Positions 38,532 to 51,667 of a DNA stretch of 64,000 nucleotides are shown here, one piece after another. Below the pieces are notes generated by a model, which did no database searches, was not told the origin of the DNA, and worked only from the letters and a program-made list of their open reading frames with translations. How positions within the stretch are numbered: position 1 is the stretch's first letter; each line of letters starts with the position of its first letter. Where the stretch lies: positions 30,132,001 through 30,196,000 of the forward strand of contig NC_082721.1 in the NCBI RefSeq assembly GCF_030144855.1, read 5' to 3'. Made by a program: the position numbers and the translations under genes. The stretch is from Hypanus sabinus. Taxonomy: Eukaryota.

Positions 38532-38623
38532 TGTATGATTCCAAGTGTGAGTGTTTTCAGATTAAATAACTTGCATCAAATGAAGTTTCAGTAATTTTTT
38601 TTCAATATTGCCTTTTAATCTCA

Positions 38624-38844
38624 CAAGCCGGCATCACTGCTGGACTTTGGGGCAAGAGGTCCTGAGTTCGAATCCAACTGGCTCCCGGTAAGAGCTGGTG
38701 ATCTCTTTTTTAAAAAACTCACCCGGCAAAAGGCAATGGCAAAGCACTGCTGTAACTTGCCTCTTACGCGATTTCCCAGTATGTCAGAACAGCGTCGAAG
38801 GAAATCGTCCACTAACTGGAAATAATTCCGGATGTGACATACCT
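38624..38844 (+). mobile_element. tRNA-derived SINE with RTE-like tail and 11-bp TSD
   Basis: B-box GTTCGAATCC at 38666-38675; AAGGCAATGGCAAAGCACTGC tail; TTTTAATCTCA at 38613-38623 and 38845-38855. A related head occurs on the minus strand at about 15135-15272. Confidence 0.7.
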
Positions 38845-38877
38845 TTTTAATCTCAAACCTTTCAGGAAATGTGGTTT

Positions 38878-39745
38878 ATACAGCTTATTATCCCTTTATC
38901 CGAATTTTTTCAGATTTTGGAATTTTGAGTGGTGATAAGACGTCACAAATGGAAAATTCCACAAGGTGCTGTGAAGGTTCCCAGGTGATGTGCAGTGTCT
39001 GCACAACACAGACAGTTCTGAAAAATGACCTCACATATATAATGAACGGGTATTAATGAGAAACAGAAACACTGCATAAAGCTGAAAGTAGAGATCTCGA
39101 TCGTGTATTGGAAGATGGATTCAATCGTGTCCGTGAGCAAATGTAGCTTAATGGTATCCTGATTATGAAACAAGCAAAGGTTTATCACAACAAACTGAAA
39201 ATTGTAGGTGATTGTGAACATTCAGCAAGCAGGTTGCAGAAATTTAAGGCAAGACACAACATTAAATTTTTAAAGATTTAAACAAAAATTAAAGGTAAAG
39301 CATCTGCTGATCGAGAAATAGAGAAATTCATTGAGTTTGTGAAGATTGTCACTGATGAAAATCTAGCACAGAACAAGTCTACAATGCTGATTGTTTTTAT
39401 ACCGTACGTAAAACCTAAAAAATTAAATTGCAGTGTACAGTAGCCTTTTAATCAAAGCATGACATTGTCGATGGAGACTGAAAGCATGTTCATTGTTCTT
39501 CAACAGCTGATTCAGGTATTCTTCCGATGCTGCTGTGCTGTTTTGTTACCTTGAATACATTCTACAGTACATTAATGGTTATGTAATAATTCTTATTAAG
39601 TGCGGAACAAGTGTAAAGCAAAGACTGCTTACAGGTAGCACATAAATTCAGTTGGAAATATGGCAATCCTAAGCTATCATTATATATTCTGAAATATGAA
39701 ATCTGAAACATTTTGGCAAGCATTTTAGACAAAGGCATTTTAGAC
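38878..39745 (+). mobile_element. Tigger/pogo-like DNA transposon remnant
   Basis: Decayed transposase pieces NGILIMKQAK, LQKFKARHNIKF and EQVYNAD. Confidence 0.6.
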
Positions 39746-41075
39746 TTGTCTCTGGAAAAGGAATCCTACTGCAATTATACTATCTCCAGGATCAGTGGTT
39801 TACATGCAACAGAAAACCCCTTTCACAATTTAACTGTCATACTCATCTAGTGCTCCCATCCTTTTACAAACATCTTAATACTTGTACCTTCTAATGTTAC
39901 AATATGTACTACAACAGTGCTGCGGTGGTTCCTCTGGGCAATGACTTGGGCTCCATCATCTGCTGCTTTAAATGTAATCTATCACAAGGTCAGAGCGGAA
40001 AAGTATAGTTATTTGCGAACAATGTTCTATTCACAGCTCTGTTAAAAAGTGAAGTGGTAATGCCTGCATGCATAGAGTTCACTTCGCATTTGGGTATGTG
40101 CTGATATATGTCACAAATATCACAACACAAACGCCAATCAATAACCACATTCAACAAAGGCCTTCAATGCTATCATTCCTGAGTCTTTTACCATCAACCC
40201 CCCGGAGATAACCATTGTCCAGAAATGCAACTAGGCCTGCCACATATATTTTGTAATTGAGAATAGATTGTAACTAAGTATCCTGTGATGAGCCTCCTGA
40301 CTTCCTAAGACTTGTACCACTGAGGAGCTGGAATCGATAGTGTTATGAAGCACTCTCCGACTGCCTTAGATGAGAGCAGTCTCAACAGCTTTCTAAGATG
40401 GGACATACCAATTCAATAGCACCCAATTAACAGCCTTGCTTGGGCTAATTCAATGACACTCCCAAACATACAAAACCGTCAAGAAAGTTTAGATTGGTAT
40501 GCACCAAATGCAAGCAAGTAGGACTAGTGTGGATAAACATTTTGATTGGCACAGATGATTTGGACTAAATGATTTGCAACCATGCTGTATGACTCCCAAC
40601 TACTGAGACAGCAGGCACATGAGAGCACTGCTATCTGCAGATCCTCTTCCCAAGATCTACCCAATACGGCTTTGAAAATAAATCACCATTGCTTCAGTGA
40701 TTTTCTAAGTCCTAGAACTCCGTACCTAAGACAGCTGAAGCACTGTAGCAGTTCAGGAAGGTTGCTCACCATCACCTATTCAAGACCAATTAGGGAGAGA
40801 CAATAAATACTAACTTTGCCAGTCTTGCCAATATTGGATATATAAATACAAAAAAAATGTATTTTGCTATTATTGCAAAGTATATCATTAAGGTTATGTG
40901 GAATTTGTGCTGCTCAAGAATATTGGAACATTTAGAAATTTAGCTTTACAGCACTTTCAACCTGAAATTGCTTCAAAGGGTTCATTATTGTATAGATATC
41001 ATATTTGTTTGTTTTACTTACTAATTGTTGGGTAGCTGATTGCTTATTGTGTTTGAAATGAACAAAGGATTATCT

Positions 41076-44000
41076 TTCTTTTTCAATCTTTTTATTGAGT
41101 TTTATATATAAAAAAATAACAAAATAATATTGAATAGGTTATAAATACACTAGGCTGGAAGTTAAATTAGTAATAAGATATCAATATCATTAAAATATCA
41201 GCAAAAAAACATCATACAATAATCAGTCAAACCTGTATTGATTATACGTGAAAAAGGATAATCACAAAAAGAGAGAAAAAAAAACAAGAAAAAACATATT
41301 GAAAAAAAACAATAAACCTAAACTAACATGGGCAATAATAATAGTTTATATGTACATGATAGTGTCAAGAACTCCAGAACTCCATACCAGAACAAGGATA
41401 AAAAGAGAAAAAGAGAAAAGGTCCGGAAGAGATCAAATTAACTCATATGAAAATGTCGAATAAACGGTCCCCAAGTTTCTTCAAATTTAATTGATGGATC
41501 AAAAATAGTACTTCTAATTTTTTCTGCTCAAACAAGAAATAGTTTGAGAGAACCACTGAAACGTGGTAGGAGGGTTTACTTCTTTCCAATTTAGTAATAT
41601 AGACCTTCTAGCCATTAGAGTTGCAAAGGCGATCATTCGTCTAATTGAAGGGGAAAATCGACTACCATCCTCAATTGGTATACCAAAAATTGCAGTGATA
41701 AAATGGGGTTGTAAATCAATATTCCAAACTGAGGAAATGATAGCAAATATGTCCTTCCAATAGTTATATAAGGTGGGACATGACCAAAACATGTGGGTCA
41801 ATGTAGCAACTTCTGAGTGACATCTGTCACATTGAGGGTTAATAAGGGAGTAGAATCGAGCAAGCTTATCTTTAGACATGTGGACTCTATGTACCACCTT
41901 AAATTGTATTAAAGCATGTTTAGCACATATAGAAGAAGAATTAACCATTAACCAAATTTTTTTCCCATTTTTCAGTTGATATAGTATATTGAAGCTCTTT
42001 TTCCCACTCTTGTTTAATTCTGCCTGACATTTCTGGTTGTATCTTCATGATCATATTATAAATAAGGGCCACTAAACCCTTCTGACAAGGATTCAAGGTA
42101 AAAATCGTATCTAAAAAATCTGTTGGAGTTGAATTGGGAAAGGATGGTAAAACTTTATATAAAAAGTTTCTGATTTGTAAATATCTAAAAAAATAAGTTT
42201 TAGGTAACTTAAATTTGTTAGAAAGTTGGTCAAAGACATCAGACTACCTTCAAAAAAAAGATCACGAAAACAAGTTATAACTTTCCTTTTCCATATGCTA
42301 AAGGCTTGATCTATTAAGGAGGGTTTAAAAAAAAAGTTAAATAAGATAGGGCTATCAAGAACAAAATTTCTCAGAGTGAAAAACTTACGAAATTGAAACC
42401 AAATTCGTAATGTGTGTTTGACAATAGGGTTAGATATCTGTTTATTGAACTTGACTAAATCAATGGGAAGAGAAGAACCAAGAACGGAGAATAAAGAATA
42501 TCCTCGTGCATCATTACATTCCAAATTTACCCACTGTGGGCATAATGGTGAATCCAAATCTTGTTTCCAATATATTAAGTTTCGAATATTATTTGCCCAA
42601 TAGTAAAATCTAAAGTTAGGTAAAGCTAAACCACCATCTTTTTTAGGTTTCTGTAACTGTTTTTTACTTAACCTGGGGTTTTTATTTTGCCACACAAATG
42701 AGGAAATTTTTGAATCTATGTTGTCAAAAAAAGATTTAGGAATAAAAATTGGTAAAGCTTGAAATAAATATAAAAATTTCGGTAAAACCATCATTTTAAT
42801 AGCATTAATCCGACCAACCAGTGATAAGGATAAAGGAGACCATCTAGTAGTAAGTTGTTGAATTTGATGAAGCAAAGGTAAAAAATTCAATCTGAATAAA
42901 TCTTTATGTTTCTTGGTAATTTTTATACCTAAATAAGTGAAGTTATCAGTAACAACTTTAAATGGTACCCTGTTATTCAGTAAAGTTTGCGCATTTAAAG
43001 GGAATAATTCACTCGTATTCAAATTTAATTTATAACCAGAGAAGCTACCAAACTGAACCAACAAGGATAGAATAGCGGGAATAGACCTATCAGGATCAGA
43101 AATATATAACAACAAGTCATCAGCATATAGTGATAACTTATATAACTTCTCATTACGGGTAATACCAAAAATATTAGGTGATTCACGAATAGCAATAGCT
43201 AAAGGTTCTAATGCAATATTAAATAATAAAGGACAACCTTGTCTCGTACTGCGAGATAATTGAAAAAAAAGAGGATCTATGATTATTTGTAAGAACAGAA
43301 GCAACAGGTTTATAATATATTAGTTTAATCCATGATATAAATTTAAAACTAAAATTTAAATTTTTTAACGCATTAAATAAGTATGTCCATTCAACTCTAT
43401 CAAAAGCTTTTTCAGTATCTAATGAAATGACACATTCTGGGGCTCTAGGTGAAGAGGTATAAATTATATTAATCAATTTTCTAACATTGAAGAAGGAGTA
43501 CCGGTTCTTAATAAAACCAGTCTGATCTTCTGAAATAATCTGTGATTCTAACCTAATAGCTAAAATTTTTGTAAGAATCTTAGAGTCTGCATTTAATAGC
43601 GATATAGGGCAATAAGATGCACATAAGGTTGGATCCTTATCTTTTTTAAGAATTAGAGAGATAGTAGCTTCATAAAAAGACTGGGGTAATCTCTTCTTAA
43701 TAAATGCATCATTGAAAATTTCACATAACCATGGGGAAAGCAAAGAAGAAAAGGTTTTAAAAAATTCCATAATATAACCATCAGGACCAGGAGCTTTCCC
43801 TGAATTCATTGATGAAATAGCCTCTCCTACTTCAGCCATAGAAATAGGAGCATCAAACAAACTCCGATCTTCATCTGTCAGTTTAGGAATATTCAAATTC
43901 TTAAAAAAATCATCCATCATGGACAGATCGCCATCAGATTCTGATTGATATAAAGATATATAAAAATCTTGGAAAGTATTATTAATTTCTTTATGATCAG

Positions 44001-44288
44001 TAGTCAAATTACCATCTTGTTTACAAATTTTAATAATTTGTCACTTAGTCGAAATAGCTTTTAATTGGTTAGCAAATAATTTACCAGTTCGATCACTATG
44101 AATATAAAATTGAGCCCTGGTCTTAATTAATTGATTTTCAATTGAAGAAGATAATAATAAGCTATGTTCCATTTGAAGCTCAACTCTCTTCTTATATTTG
44201 GTAGGAGTCACGGAATAAATCTTATCAATTTCTTTAATTCTATCCACCAACATAGCTATATAAAGATACCTTTGTTTTCTTTTACCAG
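41076..44288 (-). mobile_element. 5'-truncated L1/Tx1-clade LINE, ORF2 broken by frameshifts
   Basis: ORFs with KAPGPDG, YCPISLLNAD, DTEKAFDRV, GTRQGCP-like and LYADD motifs, plus the C-terminal CDRC...HMFWSC zinc knuckle; A-rich tail; near-TSD AAAGGATTATCT (41064-41075) and AAAGGGTTATCT (44289-44300). Confidence 0.9.
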
Positions 44289-46474
44289 AAAGGGTTATCT
44301 GATAGTGCAATTTTTATTTATGGTAACTTTAGAATACTAGTTTCTGACAAGATTCAATTACATCGTCTCCTGAATTCTTCAATCTATTTTGAATCAAATT
44401 CCACTGATATTCTCTCTTAGTTTCTGTTTTTTTTTCTAGGAAGAGACTTACTGCTTGCTCACATCAAATACATTCATGGCATTCAGTTAATCTTTGTTTG
44501 CAGACATCTTGAGCAATAGTAGTGCCTCGCTTGTCTATTCAGCACCAGATTTTTGTGCTGCTGCCTGGACTTGGTGATAGTGATAGAATATGTTGAAGAG
44601 CGTGGGCAGTAATGGGATGGATTTTCTTTTTAAGTAAAATCCTAATGCAATACATTCAACTGATGAGCATCTGTGTAATCATGCTTAATCTACCTTCATT
44701 AATTTAATATGGTCTGTCTGTATGCAGTGTATCCTCCTCATCGTCCACCCACTCCAAGTACTTAAACTGGGTAGAAATTGTTGCTCTGAACAATGAACAT
44801 AAGCACCTGTGAGATTGTCAGACTTTGAAGGATAATATTGAACATGGACTGCTTGGGCTTTTCTGAAGGTTGGGTAGTTCTGGCTTATTTCTCACTGTTT
44901 AGATTGAATTGCACCTCAGACTGTATTTTATCTCCAAATGAATATAATACAATGAATACAATTTTGTTATACTCTTCTACATTCTTCCTCACTGCTTTAA
45001 CCTCGGATGTTGAATGTCTTCTTAGATATTGTTTGCATTCTGAACAAGAAAGCTGAGAGTTCAGGCTCTCCGATAGGATGTTAGCATATAATCTACCTTC
45101 TTGTTTTAGCATGCTACTGCAACTTCTAGAAAAGTGTTGATGGGTTGATTAGAGGCAAGGAGAGATCTTGCAGTAAGAGCAAGACAAGTTTCTGTGCTTT
45201 AACATTATGAAGAGTTGAAAAATGGATGTACCAATAGGCTTAGCAAGGCAAGCACACTCTAAATGTTATAAATCGCCAACAAATTAAGCCTAAAAGAGAC
45301 TGCAGGAATAGATGACATTTATGCTAAACTGGCAAAACCCAAATTATTATAATTTTAGGGACACTATGATCATCTTGTACTAAGATGGACATTTTTTAGT
45401 GTAATTGTTTTCATCATTGTAAAATTTGTGTATATATGTTTTTCTTGTGGCCTGCTGCAAGTAAGTTTTTCATTGCATATGTGCATACATGTACTTGTGC
45501 ATGTGACAACTCAACTTTGACTTAGACTGTCATTGCAGGTGTTTCTGGACAATGACAAATCAGAAGATTAAGAATAGGTTTAATCTTATATTAAGACAGA
45601 GCAACAATTTGAAATCTCCACAGCCAAAACTTACCAGTTCTGCTAGTGTAAGGTTATGGAGAATGCCCTACATCTGGAAATGTAGGTGGTGGTATGATAA
45701 ATCACATGATTTTTATGTGGAGTGATGGGCATATGTATAATCACTTAAATTGTATGTAACAGTAAGTAGTGGGAGAGGGTCAGGAATTACTGATTAAGGG
45801 TTTTAGAGCAAGAGAAATTAACTGGGGAAGGATGCAACTGGGCCTGTGTGTGAGAAAGGATGGAAGTGGGGCAGGTTCTGCTTGCTGCTCTGTGCTGACC
45901 TGAGGCTGAGGTCTACTCCAGGGCTTGTGTCTGTGGACGCACTCTTGTTCTGAATGTTACTTGCTTGTGTTTATTGTTTGCATGATTTGTTTTTTTCTCT
46001 ACACATTGGGTGTTTGGCCATTTTTGTTCTTTTGTGTTGCCTTGTTTTGTGGCTGCCTATAAGAAGATGAATCTCAAGGTTGTATAATGGATACATACTT
46101 TGATAATAAATGTGCTTTGAAATAACTAAAGAAAAACAGTAAATAAGCCTAGAGGTGAATTAGAGAAAATTAATGAAATTAGCTTGAAGCGAGACTAAGC
46201 AAGAATGCAATGAGCCCTGGGAATAATAGCTGGGAAAGGATTATATTAAGTAGAAGGATGGAAGGAATAAGTGTCAGAAGTAACATTACAGGACAATAAA
46301 TGAAAGCAAGAATTTAAAATAAGGCAGAGAAAAACAGACAGTATCAGAATAGTAATGAGTGAGAAGCAAGAATGAATAATTGAGGGGAAGATGAGGGTAT
46401 GAATAAACTAATCCTTTTTTTAAAATTAATGCTCCATTATAAAATAATAAATCACTCAGGCTCTTAATATTGTG

Positions 46475-46509
46475 TTTATTACTCTGTAGAATCCATTTAT
46501 ATATTTATT
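46475..46509 (-). terminator. Two candidate ADMP poly(A) signals (AATAAA at 46509-46504 and 46480-46475)
   Basis: TTTATT on the plus strand, about 320-350 nt past the stop in an AU-rich UTR. Confidence 0.5.
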
Positions 46510-46827
46510 AGATTTTTAAAAATTATACACTATCAACTCTCACAATACTTTTCACAATTCTGCATATATTAATACATCTGTATATTTAAACATATAAACA
46601 TATTATACAATTGTCTGCTGTGCAGTACCACAGCTTGTGGAATGACTTTTGTAAAAAAAAAGTCATTCACTTGGACAAGCAGTTTACTTGCTTGTGTTAA
46701 AGAAATTCCAGATCTTCTGAAGATGCTTTTTTCCCCACTTCCATACATACTAACTCTATAAAATTACATCTGTTCTCTGCCTGACAGTCATAATTTTCTA
46801 GAGGCAGTGCTTGAAGAAGTCAATGAA

Positions 46828-47219
46828 CTAATGACATCCACAACTGCCAGCAACCATATCATTGTACTGTTTCAGGACCACATTTTCATCATCATCAAAG
46901 TACAGCAGGTTGATGGAGAATAGTTTGTCTGGGATGCAGCAAGGAGTTGCAACACCATTAGTTAGCTTAAGGGCATTTATAATGGATTGGACAGTGGCGT
47001 GGTTGGTAGGCCTCATATTTTGGCCCAATGGGAAAATGCATGCTCCTTTGCAGTGGTAGGCGTTGTAACCCCGCGGGGAGATGATCCAACCAGACCAGCC
47101 AATCTCTTCAAAATCCACATAAAGAGGATACCTCTGGCAGCCTTGCAAGTTCAAGGATCTTGTGTTGCGACTCTGGCTTGCTTTATCGTGAAGTGTCACT
47201 TCAGAGAGAAATGGAGTCT
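46828..47219 (-). CDS. ADMP: ADMP exon 5: furin site RNTR and mature 7-Cys TGF-beta domain
   Basis: Phase-1 acceptor GCCATAG; CQRYPLYVDFEEIGWSGWIISPRGYNAYHCKG...LLYFDDDENVVLKQYNDMVAGSCGCH is ADMP-diagnostic; total CDS 1128 nt = 375 aa. Confidence 0.95.
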
Positions 47220-47599
47220 CTATGGCAAAGCCAAAAGTTAACAATGTTAAAAACAAAATCAAATCAAAATTATTACAGATGTCAATATGTAAAGACATCA
47301 AGAACCTGAAGGCTGTTGTGGTTTTAAAGGCAACAGAACCTATTCTATGCATGTGGACCCACTGTACATCTGTCTTTGTGTGGGGATATAGTACCTTGCT
47401 GATTTTATATAATTTTATCATTTATTTACTTTTCAAGCAGATTGGAATTAGTTTTCCATTTAAACATTTGGATCGTGCTTTGCAGTATTTCATCAAGTTA
47501 AATACAAGGCATCAAACACACAAGTTAGAATAGTTATGGACTACATAATCTGTTGAAGCTTTTCTAATATTTTCTCTGCTGGAAGTTATTTGCTTATAC

Positions 47600-48145
47600 A
47601 CTCAATGTACACTTCACTCAATGCATAAAAGAATGTGGACATGGTCAAGAGGTTCAGTTTGTCATTCAGACCAAACACAGGATAAAAAAGAAATGTGATC
47701 TAAGTGACTTTGACTATGGAATGATTATTGGTGCCAGACCAATAATATCTCAGAAACAGCTGATCTCCTGGGATTTTCATGCATAGCAGTCTCTAGTGCA
47801 GGGGTTCCCAAGGTAGGATCCATTGATCCTTTGGTTAATGTTAATGTTCTCCATGTTTGGGCCCATGGAGAAAAAAGGGTTGGAGACCCCTGCTTTAGGA
47901 TTACAGAGGATGGTGAAAAAAAAATATAGTGAGCTACAGTTCTGTGGTCAAAAATGCCTTGTTAATGAGAGCAGTCAGAGGAGAATGATCAAGCTGACAA
48001 GAAGGCAACAGTAACTCAAATAACCATGTGTTACAACAGTCTGAACGTACAGTACATTGAACCTTGAAGTGGATGGGCCACAGCAGGGAAGGGGCCATTT
48101 TATTAGGTACAGGAGATACAGTACCTAATAAGGTGGCCAGAGTAT
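47600..48145 (+). mobile_element. Tc1/mariner-like deletion derivative in ADMP intron 4
   Basis: DLSDFDYGMIIGAR...ISETADLLGFS HTH remnant; right terminal repeat GTACCTAATAAGGTGGCCAGAGT. Confidence 0.7.
47799..47892. mobile_element. hAT-type MITE nested in the Tc1 remnant
   Basis: Terminal inverted repeats CAGGGGTTCCCAA and TTGGAGACCCCTG; inserted at a TCTAG-like target. Confidence 0.6.
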
Positions 48146-49313
48146 AGTGTCTGCTAATAACGCAGAGACTGGCAATATGATGTGGACTGTGAAGAATTGT
48201 TTTAGAGCAGACTGGCAGTAAAACTGCTAATGGGGAAAATCCAGTACACGGTCTGATTTGTCTGTTCAAATGAGAGACTGCAGTCATCCTGTCAAGCTCT
48301 CCAGTCTGTTGTATTGGGGATAACTTGCTTCTACTTAGGTTTTGTGGATTCTAAGACTAATGATGAGGCCAAAGTGGGAATCACAAACTGACATAGTGGG
48401 TGGAAGATTCCTGTCAGGCCAGGTGGGCAGGGCTAGTACACCACTTACACTGTGTTTGTGTGGGTTCAGTGAGCAGCAGCCTGAATTCAGATACTCCTCA
48501 TCCCTCTCTTGCATTGGAATGTGGGCCACTGTTACGCAAGTGGTAATATCCCTTGATTTTAAACAGCTCCTTCTCAGTTACTGGTTTGGCAATGCCCTCT
48601 AGTGTTCATTGATATTGACTTTGTTTCTAATATAATCGCTAAATATTTGAATGTTAAACAAAATCAGTGTTACATTACCATTCACTACTGAAAGCTACAA
48701 TTGTCTCCTCATCATTGTTATTTGCTTTTCCACAGGCTACATTAGTTCACCAGTGTATCACCTGACTGGTCTTTAATGTAAGTATATAATGAATATTAAT
48801 CTCCTATTTGCTTCAAATTTCTGACTCACACATATAATTGAAGTTTAAAGACAGTAGTCTGGGGTATTACAGATTTATGAAAAAGTGAACTGAAAATATA
48901 AATGACTTCCAGGGGCAAGGCAGAAGACGGAGGAGACGGGAGGATCTATTCTGTCATTGCAATAGTTGTCAGGAGGACAACTAATGGCTAATTGCAGTGT
49001 CCTCAGGCTCGTGGTAGTTAGAGAAATTACTTTGCATGTCCAAACAAATAGTCCAGATTATGTTTCATCCTATAGAATCCAATCTGCAGTTATGCCTTAA
49101 GGCATTAAGACAGATAGTGTATGAACCGTGAACCACCAGGAGCTATGAATTAATCACAACAGTACGTAACTGAATGGGAATTTTATTCTCGAAAATGAAT
49201 CTGAAGGAAGACAAGAGTGAACCTGTCTGACATAAGCTAACTCACTGATGTACAGATCCAATGACAGCTTTCTGTAAGAACATTTGACACAGTGCATCAG
49301 TGTGGTAGACTCT

Positions 49314-49508
49314 ATACAAAATGCTGGAGGAACTCTTTGGAGAGGAATAAACAGTCAACATTTCAAGCTGGTACAGGACTGATGAACGGTCTCAGCCAAA
49401 ACGTTAACTGTTTATTCCTCTTCGTAGATGCTGCCTGACCTGCTGAGCTCCTCCAGCATTTTGTGTCTGTTATTCTGGATATCCAGCATCTGCAGAATCT
49501 CTTGTGTT
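49314..49508 (+). mobile_element. PLE-derived fold-back mini-element with 13-bp TSD in ADMP intron 4
   Basis: TGTGGTAGACTCT at 49301-49313 and 49509-49521; inverted arms; decayed hammerhead CTGATGA...AAAACGTT. Confidence 0.82.
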
Positions 49509-49543
49509 TGTGGTAGACTCTTTAGTTGTAACTGAAGAATTAC

Positions 49544-49736
49544 CTATTGAAGAACTGGAGGTGGCAGTCCCTCTCCTTTCATCGTCTGTAAAGAGAACCA
49601 CCATTGGCTTTTTGCTGCTGTGATGGTCTCTCCCGGTGGCAAAGTGGATGTAGTTGTTGAGTTGCTCTCCAGCCAGGCCCTGCACACTGACAAGCAAGCC
49701 TTTATTGCTATCTTTATCCTGTATCCAGTCATACAC
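49544..49736 (-). CDS. ADMP: ADMP exon 4 (VYDWIQDKDSNKGLLV...KKPMVVLFTDDERRG...)
   Basis: Acceptor TATGTAG, donor G|GTAATT, 193 nt. Confidence 0.9.
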
Positions 49737-51547
49737 CTACATAAATAAACAAAACTCTCATCAATCAAGTTCAGCAAGTGTTTCTGGCAGAATGTGACTC
49801 CTTCTGTTGTGCCTCATAAACTGGTTTTAGTTTTTTGAATATTAAAGGAAATAAGAGATGGAGGGTTAGTATAGGAAAGCAGCCCTGAAGTCGAAAGTCA
49901 GCCATGATCATAATGCATGATAGAGCAGGTATGAAGGGCTGAATTACCTCCTAGCTCAATTTCTTGTGTTGTTATGTTACCAGAATGAGGCAGTGCTGAG
50001 TCTGATACAAAATAAATCTCCCTCAACCCAGTTAAAGTATGACTTAGTTCAAACTAACAGGTTTTTTATAAACTAGAGTATTTGGACATTTCTTGCAAAC
50101 CTCTGTCAAAATTGATATTGGATGTAATTAAATGTTCTAATTTGCTGTGGCTCCATGGTGATTTATAATATATGGAACTGAATCCACCATTACTTCAAAA
50201 ACCTAGTTTACATTTCATTGTTATGTAATCCTGCTCCAGTTACTGTCTACTTGTAAAATTCATAATCCATCCAAACTTGTCTCTAAGACCATGAATATGA
50301 CATCCGATGAAGAGAGATCTTCTGCTGTGGAGCTATGGTTGTAACTAGATTTTATATTAATCTACTGTGGCTCCCAGTCAGCCTGGCCTGTTTGTTTTCA
50401 TTCAGTTTCAGAGCACAAAATCCACCTTCTCACTTGGACCTACATACGTACCAATGCTTTGCTCGTTACGCAGATTAAGTCCAGGAGACATGTCAAACTT
50501 TAGCCCCGTTAATTTACTAGGTACATTTTATTTATTGGTAGGGATTGTTATGGATTGCTTCCTCCCTGTTGCCACTTGACTATTTCAATTGGGATGTTTT
50601 TGCTATCTTCTCCCATGAAGACAGATTATATTTTCCATTATTAACTCCCGAGTCTTACACTTTGGCTGACCAATACTTATTTCAGCTGCTCTCTTCCTTT
50701 TAATATACTGTCTGTTTTAAATTTATTTTCTACTTTACTCAAGAGCTCTATTTGCTCCTTCATAATTTCTTTATTTAGTCTCAGCTTATTTCTAAAGAAA
50801 AATTTCCAATTAGTTTACTACTAATCTTCCCAATGCATATCTTCCTTCAATTTAATGCCATTCTAAGCTTAATTAACTACATCCTTCTCACAGAGTCTCT
50901 CTTCCTCACTGGTATAAATCTTTATGCGATTTATCAAACATCTTAAATATCTATCAACGATAGACTACTGTACCATTTTATCCTTTCACGTGTTTTGTCC
51001 AATTCTACTTTAGCCAATTGCCTAGGACATCCTTGAATATTCACATTAATTAACCCTGTCTTATCAAGTAATACAAGAAAAACAGCCATTTCCCTGGTTA
51101 GCATGACAAGGTATTGCTCTAAATCAAGCATCCAGTACTGTAATTGGCAAGTGTTTAATGGTGAGGGCTGAAGCTGTGATGCAAGTACTCCCTGTAGTTC
51201 TAAAGTGGTTCTGTATAATCTCCTGCAGGTATATGGGTACTATGCAGTTATTCCTGCAGTTATAACAAGGATAAGTTCAATTATTGCTACAGGTATTACT
51301 ATCTTTTAATGTATTTACAACCAAAGCTGTCCGGTTTTGTAACAAGAGTATTTTAAATGGCTAACACAGACATTATGGGCCAAATGACCTTCCGTACTGT
51401 ATCATCCTTTGGTTTTTATCAAGAGCTGGTATGGATACTAAATTTGTTACAGCAGGAATTGTAGGCATTTGCCATCAGTAATGGAAACCATGCAGTTATA
51501 TATGCCATACAGAAACTACAAATATTATTTCTGTTGAAGATACTTAC

Positions 51548-51667
51548 AGCATTAGTGATTGTGAAGACCTCCCATGTGTTGTCGTGGACTGGAAGTAGTC
51601 TGGTTGACAATAATCTTTTCCCTTTTGCTGTAGATGTGCCATTGTCCAATATCTGGTAGACACTAAC
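51548..51667 (-). CDS. ADMP: ADMP exon 3 (VSVYQILDN...WEVFTITNA)
   Basis: Acceptor TTTTCTTAG, donor GCT|GTAAGT, 120 nt, phase 0-0. Confidence 0.9.

Noticed and set aside
38650-38680. tRNA gene
   Set aside because: Only a B-box/T-arm is present, with no cloverleaf, and it lies inside a TSD-flanked SINE.
47220-47421. N-terminal part of ORF 46828-47421 as ADMP coding sequence
   Set aside because: Intronic read-through; the phase-compatible acceptor is at 47220/47219.
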